The notes under the pieces were generated by a model, which searched no databases, was not told the origin of the DNA, and worked only from the letters and a program-made list of their open reading frames with translations. DNA of 64,000 nt from an uncultured Anaerolineaceae bacterium (lineage in GTDB: Bacteria; Chloroflexota; Anaerolineae; Anaerolineales; UBA4823): assembly GCA_964633225.1 (NCBI GenBank), contig CAZWFQ010000001.1, positions 137,477-201,476 on the forward strand, written 5' to 3'. This document shows positions 51,664-60,148 of this stretch, one piece after another. The number at the start of each line of letters is the position of its first letter. The stretch's first letter is position 1. A program made the translations under genes and the position numbers.

Positions 51664-52536
51664 TCACGGCGTTGCCACGCATCGGAACCCATTCGTCACG
51701 CTCGTCTTTGTCGGCAGGTTGCTTCCGTTTCGATACCCCGTCAATAGCCCGTTAATGCTCCCCCACGATCCACCTCGCATCACCCGGTACGTTCCATCCT
51801 CCGGCCCTGTTGGGTTGCTGTCTGGCGAATTGTCATAATAATCTGCGTCGTACCAGTCGTTCACCCATTCCCATACATTGCCTGACATGTCCATCACCCC
51901 GTATGGACTGGCTCCTTCTGGGTAACTGCCTACCTCGTCCGTATCGCCGATTGAGCAGATGTTGTATCCATTTGCCAGTTCGCAAGTTGGTGTACTGCTT
52001 CCCCAAGGATAAAGACGGTAACTTGTACCCCGAGCCGCCTTCTCCCATTCTGCTTCCGTCGGCAGCCGCTTGTCCCGCCAAGAGCAGTAAGCACTCGCCT
52101 GCTCCCAGCTCACCAATACCACCGGGTAATTATCGTATTTAGGGTTCCCAAAATAATCGTTCCGGCTGTAAGAATTGTCACCGTTCGGTTCTTCACACGC
52201 CCCCGCATCCACGCATTCCACGTATTTGGCGTTGGTCACCTCGTAGATATCGATGTAATAGGCATCTAAATACACCATGTGCAGCGGCATCATATCGCTG
52301 TTTGCACAGTACGAACCGCACCCCATTTGAAAGTCTCCCTTCGGAATCAGCACCATGTTACTCAAATCACGCGGCTCTTCCACCGTTGTTTTTAGCACCA
52401 GCGGCAGGTAAGAGTAAAGCCATACTTCTTGCTGCATGTCGCTCCCCAATGCAGGTATCGCGATAGACATCAGCCCAGCGAACACGAATAGCAGTAGAAC
52501 GGTTAAGCGAATTCTTAAAGCATGGTTATTGTTCAT
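51664..52536 (-). CDS. Secreted formylglycine-generating-enzyme (FGE/SUMF1)-fold domain protein
   Basis: Start MNNNHALRIRLTVLLLFVFAGLMSIAIPALG (signal peptide). Blocks YYIDIYEVTNAKY, LPTEAEWEKAARG, SGNVWEWVNDWY, RVMRGGSW...GFRC. The long N-terminal extension in the track ORF overlaps the DinB gene on the opposite strand and was trimmed. Confidence 0.8.
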   Translation of the reverse strand: MNNNHALRIRLTVLLLFVFAGLMSIAIPALGSDMQQEVWLYSYLPLVLKTTVEEPRDLSNMVLIPKGDFQMGCGSYCANSDMMPLHMVYLDAYYIDIYEVTNAKYVECVDAGACEEPNGDNSYSRNDYFGNPKYDNYPVVLVSWEQASAYCSWRDKRLPTEAEWEKAARGTSYRLYPWGSSTPTCELANGYNICSIGDTDEVGSYPEGASPYGVMDMSGNVWEWVNDWYDADYYDNSPDSNPTGPEDGTYRVMRGGSWGSINGLLTGYRNGSNLPTKTSVTNGFRCVATP

Positions 52537-52702
52537 GGGAATCATCCTTGCCGCATGGCGGCGCATACTACCCAATGCACACCCTGCGGGTGTGCCACTT
52601 TCAAGTATAGCACCATTTATTTGGTTACCTCTTGTAGGACGCCAAACTTCTGCTACAATCACATTATCCTGCTTAAAATTCTCCCCGAAAGGAACATCTC
52701 TC

Positions 52703-53191
52703 ATGCATTCCCCCGGCCCACTTCCCCTCATCGATACGCTTGAGACGAACCAGCGCATGATCCACACTGAGCTGGCTGGCCTTACCCATGTCGAGAGCCT
52801 TGTCCAGCCCAATTTCAACGCCAACTGCATCAACTGGGTCATCGGCCACATCCTCTCCAGTCGCGATACCTGCCTCAAGCTCCTCGAGCTGCCCCCCGTG
52901 CTTTCTGAGGCCGAAACTACCACTTACAACTACGGCTCTGACCCGCTCACTTCCGCCGAAAAGGCCATTCAGCTCTCCGATCTGACCGCCCGCCTGGATG
53001 CCTCTTTTGATGCCCTTGTTCAGGGCTTGCAATCCGTCTCTTCTGCTCAGCTTGAGGTTGAAGCCCAGCTTTGGGATAAACCCCAGCCCCTCGGCGGCCT
53101 GCTGGCCTTCTTCTTCTGGCACGAGGCTTACCATGTTGGCCAGCTCAACCTGCTTCGCCAGGTGGCGGGCAAAAACGACAAGACGATCTAA
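52703..53191 (+). CDS. DinB-superfamily (four-helix bundle, metal-binding) protein
   Basis: 162 aa from the ATG at 52703, preceded by a GAAAGGAA Shine-Dalgarno sequence. NWVIGHI...FFFWHEAYHVGQL is the typical DinB/YfiT His-triad pattern. Confidence 0.75.
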   Translation: MHSPGPLPLIDTLETNQRMIHTELAGLTHVESLVQPNFNANCINWVIGHILSSRDTCLKLLELPPVLSEAETTTYNYGSDPLTSAEKAIQLSDLTARLDASFDALVQGLQSVSSAQLEVEAQLWDKPQPLGGLLAFFFWHEAYHVGQLNLLRQVAGKNDKTI

Positions 53192-53246
53192 CGTTTTGGG
53201 ATAGAAGAATTTTCTCCTTAGAACAGGGTGTAACCGCGGCATGTAC

Positions 53247-53276
53247 TTGCATTTCAAGAATGGATTGTGCTATACT
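53247..53276 (+). promoter_or_regulatory. Sigma-70-type promoter with extended -10 (TTGCAT-18-TGcTATACT) for the TPR gene
   Basis: TTGCAT at 53247-53252, TG at 53268-53269 and TATACT at 53271-53276. The ATG at 53302 is preceded by an AAAGGA Shine-Dalgarno sequence. Confidence 0.55.
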
Positions 53277-53301
53277 GGCAGGCTGAAAGAGAAAAGGATC
53301 A

Positions 53302-54723
53302 ATGAGCAAATTTCAATGGAACAATGATTATTGGCCCCTGCCTGCCGGGCTTGTGGGGCTTGTCCTCTTGGTCATCGCCTTCCTGCGCTTTTGGGCTGGT
53401 GATTGGTCGGTTTTTGCCTATATTGCTGCTGGGGTGGGGGCCCTGGTGCTGCTCTTGGCTTTGGCCTGGTTTGGCTTTGCCTGGCAAAGCGAGCCTGGTC
53501 GAAAGAAGCGCCGCTCAGCGGCTGCTCCCCGCCGTTGGCGTTTTCCCCGCGCCCGTTATTGGGCCTGGGGAGGGCTGGCCCTCTGCCTGGTTGGCGGGGC
53601 GTTAGCGGGTTACTTCCTCTCGCAACAGCGCCAATCCTTTGGTCAAGTGCAGGCCCTGGTTTTTGTCAGCCAGGCCCAGGCTTTGGCCGAGTCTGGCCAG
53701 TATGAGCAGGCGGTTGAAGCGTATACATCTGCCATTGCGCTAGCCCCCAACTCTGTTGAGGCCTTAAATGGCCGCGGCCAGGCTTTTGCTTCCCAGGGCC
53801 TCTATGCCCAGGCCGTCAACGATTTTAATGCTGTCCTTGCCATCGATACCGACCTGCCCCAAACCTATCTCAACCGCGGCGCCGCCTACGCCGCCCAGGG
53901 TGAGTATGCCCGTTCTATCTTAGATTACGACTCTGCCCTGCGTCTTGACGATCAGCTTCTTGAAGCCTACAACAATCGCGGCCTGGCCCACTCGTATCTT
54001 AACGAGATGGAAGCCGCCTTTGCTGATTATGATGCCGCCCTCGCCATTGACCCTCTCTATACCAAAGCCTATACCAGCCGCGGTATGACCTTCAGCTTGC
54101 TCGAAGAATACGAGCTTGCCCTGGCTGATTTCAACAAGATCCTCCAGATCGACCCCCAGAACGTTTCGGGCTACGTTAATCGCGGCAATGTCTATGCCCT
54201 GATGAGCTTCTATGACAAAGCGATTGCTGATTACGATGCCGCCTTGGACATTGACCCCCGCAGTGCTGCCGCCTACAGCCACCGCGGCATGGCCTATGCC
54301 AGGCTTGAACAGTACCAGCAGGCCATTGCCGATTACGATGCCGCCTTGCAGATCGATGCTCAAGATGCCGAAGTGCTCACCAACCGCGGCCTGGCTTACT
54401 TCAGGCTCGGTCAAAACCAACCAGCCCTGACGGATTTCGGCCTGGCGATCCAGGTTGATCCTCAGTATGCCGATGCTTACAACAACCGCGGCATTGCTTA
54501 TGCTGGCATGGAAGAATATGCCCTCGCCCTCGTTGATTTCGACAAGGCCATCGAGCTTGACCCCCAAGATGCCAACCCTTACCTGGGCCGTGGTATTGCA
54601 CATGTCTTGCAGGGTAATTTTGAGCAAGGCGAGAGCGACCTGCGTACCTGCCTTACCCTGTGCTCTGAGGTCCAGGTTTGCGATGCTGCTCAGTCTGCCC
54701 TGAACATGCTTGTCCAGCCTTGA
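53302..54723 (+). CDS. Membrane-anchored TPR protein with ten contiguous 34-aa repeats
   Basis: 473 aa. Three N-terminal TM helices and an Arg-rich loop are followed by ten back-to-back TPR units (my count). They share the recurring signature A(I/L)ADYDAAL.IDP...AY..RG.AY. Confidence 0.8.
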   Translation: MSKFQWNNDYWPLPAGLVGLVLLVIAFLRFWAGDWSVFAYIAAGVGALVLLLALAWFGFAWQSEPGRKKRRSAAAPRRWRFPRARYWAWGGLALCLVGGALAGYFLSQQRQSFGQVQALVFVSQAQALAESGQYEQAVEAYTSAIALAPNSVEALNGRGQAFASQGLYAQAVNDFNAVLAIDTDLPQTYLNRGAAYAAQGEYARSILDYDSALRLDDQLLEAYNNRGLAHSYLNEMEAAFADYDAALAIDPLYTKAYTSRGMTFSLLEEYELALADFNKILQIDPQNVSGYVNRGNVYALMSFYDKAIADYDAALDIDPRSAAAYSHRGMAYARLEQYQQAIADYDAALQIDAQDAEVLTNRGLAYFRLGQNQPALTDFGLAIQVDPQYADAYNNRGIAYAGMEEYALALVDFDKAIELDPQDANPYLGRGIAHVLQGNFEQGESDLRTCLTLCSEVQVCDAAQSALNMLVQP

Positions 54724-54728
54724 GGTGT

Positions 54729-55184
54729 ATGATGAAGATGGGTAAAACGCCAAAGATTGTGATCGGTTTGGTGGGGGTGTTGATCTTCTTTTGCCTGGGT
54801 TTGTTGAGCTGCGGCCTGTTAGGCGATCTCAGTGCTGGCGTCGATATACCTTTGCCGGCCCTGCTCTGCTTTGGTTCCCTGGTCATTTTTAGCCCTATCT
54901 TGATGATCGTTGGCCTGAGTGCCCTCGAAAGGCCCTGGAAGGCAGCCTCTGGCGCTTTCGATTCCTTCTTAGGCACCAGGCGAGCGGTTAAACTGCTCAA
55001 TATTTTCTGGGTTCTTTTCTTGGTCGCCGGGATTTTACTCCTCATCTTTTTTGTCTTGCCGCTGATCGGCCGTGGCGCCATCTTGCCTGAGGAAACCGTT
55101 GCTATGACCACCCCCTTCTTTTTGTTTGTCATCGCCGCTCTTCTTGGCAGCCTCAGTTACTGGCTGGACCGGCGCGACCAATAA
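54729..55184 (+). CDS. Hypothetical membrane protein (4 TM)
   Basis: The ATG at 54729 is preceded by GAGGTG and lies 5 nt after the TPR gene stop. The protein is hydrophobic. Confidence 0.6.
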   Translation: MMKMGKTPKIVIGLVGVLIFFCLGLLSCGLLGDLSAGVDIPLPALLCFGSLVIFSPILMIVGLSALERPWKAASGAFDSFLGTRRAVKLLNIFWVLFLVAGILLLIFFVLPLIGRGAILPEETVAMTTPFFLFVIAALLGSLSYWLDRRDQ

Positions 55185-55195
55185 TCATCTAAACT

Positions 55196-55242
55196 TAAAC
55201 GAGGGTGGGGCGGCGCATCGGTGCGCCGCCCCACCCTCGTTT
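55196..55242. terminator. Bidirectional intrinsic terminator between convergent genes
   Basis: Perfect 17-bp core stem: GAGGGTGGGGCGGCGCA (55201-55217) pairs with TGCGCCGCCCCACCCTC (55222-55238). The loop is the tetranucleotide TCGG. The stem is flanked by AAAC.../...GTTT. Confidence 0.75.
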
Positions 55243-55252
55243 CTGGTTTCAT

Positions 55253-55897
55253 TTAGCTATCTGCCAGGCGCACACCCAGTGTTTCAGGCGCAATACTTAG
55301 CCCCTCAAAATTAGCGAAGCTCAGGTCGCGGAAAGACAACCCCCGGCCTGCCCGCACGTGGTCGAAGAGAACAACATAACTTTCCAGGATGCGCGCCGAC
55401 CAGTCCAAGCCCAATTGAGCCGCCGCCCCTTGAATAGAGGCCCCGTCTGGCCCTTCAATCTCGGCAAAGTGCCCATAAGGCATCTCATCCAGGGTCACCA
55501 GCAGGGGGGCGTCTCCGGTACTTTCCAGGGCTGGCCCTGGCAGGCGGTAAACGGCGCGGTATTTCTCATACATCATAATCACCTGGTACCCCAGGGCTTC
55601 GAGCACTGCTTGCGCAGTAGCAAAATCGCCCACGGTGAATTCCAGCTCTTGGCGCAGGCGTGCACCACCTTGCTCGCTGCCCGGCCCTTTGTAGGTGATG
55701 CAAGCCGCCCGATCTTGGCGCAGGCGCAGCAGGCGATTGCTGTGCAGCAGGTCGAGGCTGGGAGTGTCAAAGCGCAGGTTAACCTCATGCGTGCGCGGCT
55801 GTACTAACACCGCCCCCAGCCCTTCCAGGCGGGCTTGCAGCGCAGGTAGATCAGATAGGTAGAACTTGACTTCCAATTCTTTGCCGCTTTTGGACAT
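55253..55897 (-). CDS. CYTH-domain protein (class IV adenylate cyclase / triphosphate tunnel metalloenzyme family)
   Basis: 214 aa. N-terminal ExExK signature (ELEVKF), then LRLRQD...TYKGP typical of CyaB/ThTPase-like proteins. Confidence 0.78.
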   Translation of the reverse strand: MSKSGKELEVKFYLSDLPALQARLEGLGAVLVQPRTHEVNLRFDTPSLDLLHSNRLLRLRQDRAACITYKGPGSEQGGARLRQELEFTVGDFATAQAVLEALGYQVIMMYEKYRAVYRLPGPALESTGDAPLLVTLDEMPYGHFAEIEGPDGASIQGAAAQLGLDWSARILESYVVLFDHVRAGRGLSFRDLSFANFEGLSIAPETLGVRLADS

Positions 55898-55908
55898 TGT
55901 GTGCCTCT

Positions 55909-56406
55909 CTAGGTCACGCTCAGCATCGTCTCTTTATGTTCCACGCGGTCGCCGGGTTTGATCCGTACCCGGGTTACCTTGCCGGCGCGTGGCGACTTCA
56001 ATTCATTTTGCATCTTCATCGATTCGAGGATCAACAGCACATCGCCTTTTTGCACAGCCTGTCCTTCGCTCACCGGAACCGAGACCACCAGCCCGGGCAT
56101 GGGTGCTTTAAGCTGGTATTCTTGGTGCTCGGCAATGCCATCGCCCAGAGAGCCCCGCAGGCGTTTCTCGCGCTCGTCTTCCACGGTCGCTGAATACATT
56201 CCACCGTGGAACAACACCTGCCACACGTTCTCATCTGGGTACACATGGGCATCATAGGATTTGCCGTCTACCAGCAAGGTGTAAACCGGTTGGTCGCTGA
56301 CGGCCTCGAAATCCACCTGGTACGAGAGGCCGTCTACAATCACATGGTGCTCATCCACAATTTCAACCTGGTATTCCTTGCCGGCAATGGTAGTCAAATA
56401 GCGCAT
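55909..56406 (-). CDS. Biotin carboxyl carrier protein (biotinyl domain)
   Basis: The C-terminal KAPMPGLVVSVPVSEGQAVQKGDVLLILESMKMQNELKSPRAGKV carries the biotinyl-lysine MKM motif. The ATG at 56406 follows a GAGG Shine-Dalgarno sequence, which avoids overlap with the carboxylase gene. Confidence 0.85.
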   Translation of the reverse strand: MRYLTTIAGKEYQVEIVDEHHVIVDGLSYQVDFEAVSDQPVYTLLVDGKSYDAHVYPDENVWQVLFHGGMYSATVEDEREKRLRGSLGDGIAEHQEYQLKAPMPGLVVSVPVSEGQAVQKGDVLLILESMKMQNELKSPRAGKVTRVRIKPGDRVEHKETMLSVT

Positions 56407-56417
56407 GCAGGCCTCGC

Positions 56418-57947
56418 TTACTTGCTCAGCCGTTCCCAGCGGCTGAGCCATTTCCAGTTAGAAGTATCCCGCTCGTTGCGCCGGATCATATGGGCGGAGC
56501 GCTGGGTCTGCTGGTGGGCCACCAGGGTAGCCAGGATGGCGGCGATATCTGGACGCTCGTCCGTTGGCCGGGCTGTGCCGTTTTCTCCATCTGCATCGAG
56601 AGAGAAGCGCTCTTCGATAAAGCGGGTGTCATACTGCCCGGTGATGAAATGCGGCGAGTCCATCAGACGCTGGTGGAAAGAGATATTGTTGCGAACGCCC
56701 AGGATCTTATATTCTTCCAAAGCCCGCCGCATGCGCAAGATGGCTTCGTTGCGCGTCTCGCCCCATACAATGATCTTTGAGATCAGCGAGTCATAATAAG
56801 GAGAGACCTCGAAACCGATGTAAACACCCGTGTCCACGCGCACGCCGGGGCCGGTGGGCAGCAGGGTGTGGGTGATGCGCCCGGTGGAGGGGATGAAATT
56901 GTTGTTGGGGTCTTCGGCGTTGATCCGGCACTCGATGGCGCAGCCATTAAAATGCACGTCTTCTTGCTTGTAGCGCAGCGAGTGGCCGCGGGCAATGCGG
57001 ATCTGTTCTTTAACGATGTCGATGCCAGTGACGATCTCGGTGACCGGGTGCTCTACTTGCAGGCGGGTGTTCATCTCGAGGAAGTAGAAGTTCTTGTTCT
57101 TATCTACCAGAAATTCGATTGTGCCCGCGTTGACGTAATTAATGGCTTGGGCGGCGCGCACTGCCACGCTCCCTAGAGCCTGGCGGAAGGCCTCATCATT
57201 GCCAATGACAGGTGAAGGGCATTCTTCGAGCAGCTTCTGGTGGTGGCGTTGAATCGAGCATTCTCGTTCCCCCAGGTGGATGGCGTTCCCCAATCCATCT
57301 GCCAGGATCTGCACCTCAACATGGCGCGCCCCTTCGATCAACTGCTCGATGTACACGTTGCCATCCCCAAAGGCAGCTTCGGCTTCGCGCCGCGCCGATT
57401 GCAGCAGGGCGGGCATTTCGTCTAGCGAGCCCACCTCGCGCAGGCCCTTCCCGCCGCCGCCCGCTGTGGCTTTGATGAGCAACGGGAAGCCTATCTTAGG
57501 GGCCAGGGCCAGCAGGTCATCATCGTTTAGGGCACCTTCGCCCTCGGTGCCGGGCACCATAGGCACACCGGCGCGGGCCAGGGTGGCGCGGGCCAGGGCC
57601 TTATCGCCCATCGCGGCGATGGAAGACGGGTTGGGTCCGATAAAAACCAGGCCCGCCTGCTGGCATGCGGCAGCAAAATCGGCCCGTTCGGCCAGAAAGC
57701 CGTAACCCGGATGGACAGCTTCGGCCTGGCAGCGCCGGGCGATCTCGAGCACCACATCGGCGCGCAGGTACGAGTCGCGCGACGGCGCCGGGCCCAGGCG
57801 GTAAGCTTCATCCGCATAGCGTACGTGCAGCCCCTGGCGGTCGGCATCTGAGTAGACGGCCACGGTTTGCATGCCCATCTCGCGGCAGGCACGGATGATG
57901 CGTACCGCAATCTCGCCCCGGTTAGCGATCAGGACTTTGTTGAACAT
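56418..57947 (-). CDS. Biotin carboxylase subunit of an acetyl/propionyl-CoA carboxylase
   Basis: MFNKVLIANRGEIAVRI and an ATP-grasp core (GGGGKGLREV, IEGARHVEVQILAD, EMNTRLQVEHPVTE). The ATG at 57947 is preceded by an AGGAG Shine-Dalgarno sequence. Confidence 0.92.
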   Translation of the reverse strand: MFNKVLIANRGEIAVRIIRACREMGMQTVAVYSDADRQGLHVRYADEAYRLGPAPSRDSYLRADVVLEIARRCQAEAVHPGYGFLAERADFAAACQQAGLVFIGPNPSSIAAMGDKALARATLARAGVPMVPGTEGEGALNDDDLLALAPKIGFPLLIKATAGGGGKGLREVGSLDEMPALLQSARREAEAAFGDGNVYIEQLIEGARHVEVQILADGLGNAIHLGERECSIQRHHQKLLEECPSPVIGNDEAFRQALGSVAVRAAQAINYVNAGTIEFLVDKNKNFYFLEMNTRLQVEHPVTEIVTGIDIVKEQIRIARGHSLRYKQEDVHFNGCAIECRINAEDPNNNFIPSTGRITHTLLPTGPGVRVDTGVYIGFEVSPYYDSLISKIIVWGETRNEAILRMRRALEEYKILGVRNNISFHQRLMDSPHFITGQYDTRFIEERFSLDADGENGTARPTDERPDIAAILATLVAHQQTQRSAHMIRRNERDTSNWKWLSRWERLSK

Positions 57948-57971
57948 ACCTTGCTCCTGGTCTTCCTCCAC

Positions 57972-59522
57972 CTAGAGCGGCATGCAGCCGTGTTTCTTAG
58001 GTGGGTTACTATCGCGCTTGTTGGCCAGCATCTCGAGGGCGTTGATCAGCCGGGGGCGCGTTTCGCTCGGCTCGATGACGTCGTCAATGTAACCGCGCCC
58101 TGCGGCTACATACGGGTTGGCAAACTTCTCGGTGTATTCGGCCAACAGCTCGGCCTTACGCTGCTCTGGATCTTCAGCCTGGGCCAATTCTTTGCGGAAG
58201 ATGATGTTCACTGCGGCCTCGGGGCCCATGACGGCGATCTCGGCACTGGGCCAGGCCAGGTTCAGGTCGCTGCGGATGTGTTTGCTGCTCATTACAATGT
58301 AGGCCCCGCCGTAAGACTTGCGCGTTACCACAGTGATCTTGGGCACGGTGGCTTCGCAGTAGGCGTACACCAGCTTGGCCCCACAGCGAATGATCCCGCC
58401 GTGCTCTTGGGCTGTGCCGGGTAAGAAGCCTGGCACGTCTTCAAAGGTGATGATAGGGATGTTGAATGCGTCGCAAAAACGCACGAAGCGGGCCGCCTTC
58501 TCAGATGCCTTGATGTCTAACACGCCTGCCAGGATGGCAGGCTGGTTGGCCACAATGCCCACGCTGTGTCCGCCCAGGCGAGCAAAGCCGATGACAATAT
58601 TGGCAGCGTAGTTTTCTTGGATTTCAAGGAACTGGCGATCATCCACCACCAGGTGGATGATGTCTTTGATATTGTAGGGCTTGGTCGTGTCGGCAGGAAT
58701 GATGTGGTTGAGGGCATCTTCCATGCGCAAAGGGTCATCCTCAGAGAGTGTGAAGGGGGGATCCTCCATGTTGTTCTGTGGAATATAAGAAAGCAGCAGC
58801 CGGATGAGGTAGAGGGCATCTGGTTCTGAGTCTGCTGCCAGGTGACAGACCCCCGAGACCTGCGAGTGTACATCGGCCCCGCCCAATTCTTCGAACGAAA
58901 CCTCTTCGTGGGTCACGGCCTTGACCACCTCGGGCCCGGTGATAAACATGTATGAAGATTTGCGCACCATGACGACGAAATCCGTCAGACCGGGGGAATA
59001 GACGGCCCCGCCCGCACAGGGTCCCATGATCACGCTGATCTGTGGGATGGCGCCAGAGCACAAGGTATTGCGCAGGAAGATATCGGCATAGCCGCCCAGG
59101 GATACAACGCCTTCTTGGATGCGTGCCCCGCCCGAATCGTTCAGGCCAATGACCGGGGCGCCGTTCTTGAGGGCCATATCCATGATCTTGCAGATTTTTT
59201 CTGCATGCACCTCACCCAGGCTGCCGCCAAAGACAGTGAAATCTTGGGAGAAGATGTAAACCAGGCGTCCATTGATGGTGCCCCAACCGGTGACAACGCT
59301 ATCGCCGAGGAATTTTTGCTGGTCGAGATTGAAATCGGTAGTACGGTGGATCACGAAGGCGTCCATCTCGCGGAATGAGCCTTTGTCGAGCAGCAGGTCG
59401 ATGCGTTCGCGGGCCGTCATGCGGCCGCGCTTGTGCTGGGCCTCAATGCGTTCTACGCCGCCGCCCAAGCGGCTTTGGGCGCGCAGGTGGCGTAGTTGTT
59501 GGTATTTTGGATCATCAGTCAT
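57972..59522 (-). CDS. Acyl-CoA carboxylase carboxyltransferase subunit (PccB / methylmalonyl-CoA carboxyltransferase 12S-like)
   Basis: 516 aa. Length and blocks are typical of the family: [60 protein letters not shown]. Confidence 0.92.
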   Translation of the reverse strand: MTDDPKYQQLRHLRAQSRLGGGVERIEAQHKRGRMTARERIDLLLDKGSFREMDAFVIHRTTDFNLDQQKFLGDSVVTGWGTINGRLVYIFSQDFTVFGGSLGEVHAEKICKIMDMALKNGAPVIGLNDSGGARIQEGVVSLGGYADIFLRNTLCSGAIPQISVIMGPCAGGAVYSPGLTDFVVMVRKSSYMFITGPEVVKAVTHEEVSFEELGGADVHSQVSGVCHLAADSEPDALYLIRLLLSYIPQNNMEDPPFTLSEDDPLRMEDALNHIIPADTTKPYNIKDIIHLVVDDRQFLEIQENYAANIVIGFARLGGHSVGIVANQPAILAGVLDIKASEKAARFVRFCDAFNIPIITFEDVPGFLPGTAQEHGGIIRCGAKLVYAYCEATVPKITVVTRKSYGGAYIVMSSKHIRSDLNLAWPSAEIAVMGPEAAVNIIFRKELAQAEDPEQRKAELLAEYTEKFANPYVAAGRGYIDDVIEPSETRPRLINALEMLANKRDSNPPKKHGCMPL

Positions 59523-60025
59523 ACAACCTCGTGTTCTTGTTGTTCTTCGGCCGGCGCGTGTTCGGCTTGCCGGTTGTCAAAGAAGGCTTTCACTTTCGGG
59601 CGGTTTAAGACCCATACCATCCACGCCAGCAGCGCAATGGTCACGCCGGCGGCAAAGGGCCAATTGGCTGGCAGAAAGGCCTTGCTCAACAGGCCCGTCT
59701 CGGCTGGCAGGCTGGCAGGGTGGTCGGCCAGGAAGATCTGGTCCAGCCAGTAATAGAGTGCGTAGCTCAATGCCAGGGCCTGCATCAGGCGCGGGGCCCA
59801 GGGCAGGCCGCGCAGCATGCCCCAGGCCAGGGGCATACAGGCCAAAGCCCAAACCAATCCGCTTGCAGCCAGGTAAAGGGGAGAGACCGCGGGCAGGGTC
59901 TTTAAGTAGCTCCACTGCTGGAGACTGAGGACAAAACGCAAGAGATTGAACCCGCCAACGGCCAGTGCAAGCAAGGCCAGGATCGTTACGCTGAGTGGAT
60001 GAGGGGATGAAGTGTTGGTCGACAT
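59519..60025 (-). CDS. Hypothetical membrane protein (4 TM) translationally coupled to the carboxyltransferase gene
   Basis: 168 aa. Its stop overlaps the carboxyltransferase ATG (ATGA at 59519-59522). A TATAAT at 60045-60040 lies 14 nt upstream of its ATG. Confidence 0.55.
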   Translation of the reverse strand: MSTNTSSPHPLSVTILALLALAVGGFNLLRFVLSLQQWSYLKTLPAVSPLYLAASGLVWALACMPLAWGMLRGLPWAPRLMQALALSYALYYWLDQIFLADHPASLPAETGLLSKAFLPANWPFAAGVTIALLAWMVWVLNRPKVKAFFDNRQAEHAPAEEQQEHEVV

Positions 60026-60148
60026 ATTGAACGCTGCCTATTATAAGGGTTTTTGGTGCCTGGTTTGATAACTTGATAGGAATATGATAGCTTCGATGCA
60101 GGAGATGCCTGGAACAGGGCGGTGCCTGGCAGGCAGTTTCTCACCTTC

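Noticed and set aside
51664-51800. Diversity-generating retroelement targeting the C-terminus of the FGE-fold protein
   Set aside because: No reverse transcriptase gene, no template-repeat copy of the 3' end and no Asn/AAC-rich variable-region signature are visible anywhere nearby. The C-terminus (RGGSW...GFRC) looks like an ordinary FGE-fold end.
53920-54753. 277-aa minus-strand ORF antisense to the TPR gene
   Set aside because: It is a by-product of the highly regular 102-bp coding periodicity of the ten TPR units. It has no start context, and the sense strand has an unambiguous TPR signature.
55909-60025. Na+-translocating methylmalonyl-CoA/oxaloacetate decarboxylase (Mmd/Oad-type) instead of a carboxylase
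   Set aside because: An ATP-grasp biotin carboxylase is present. The only membrane protein has 168 aa and 4 TM helices, which is not an OadB/MmdB-type pump of about 400 aa.
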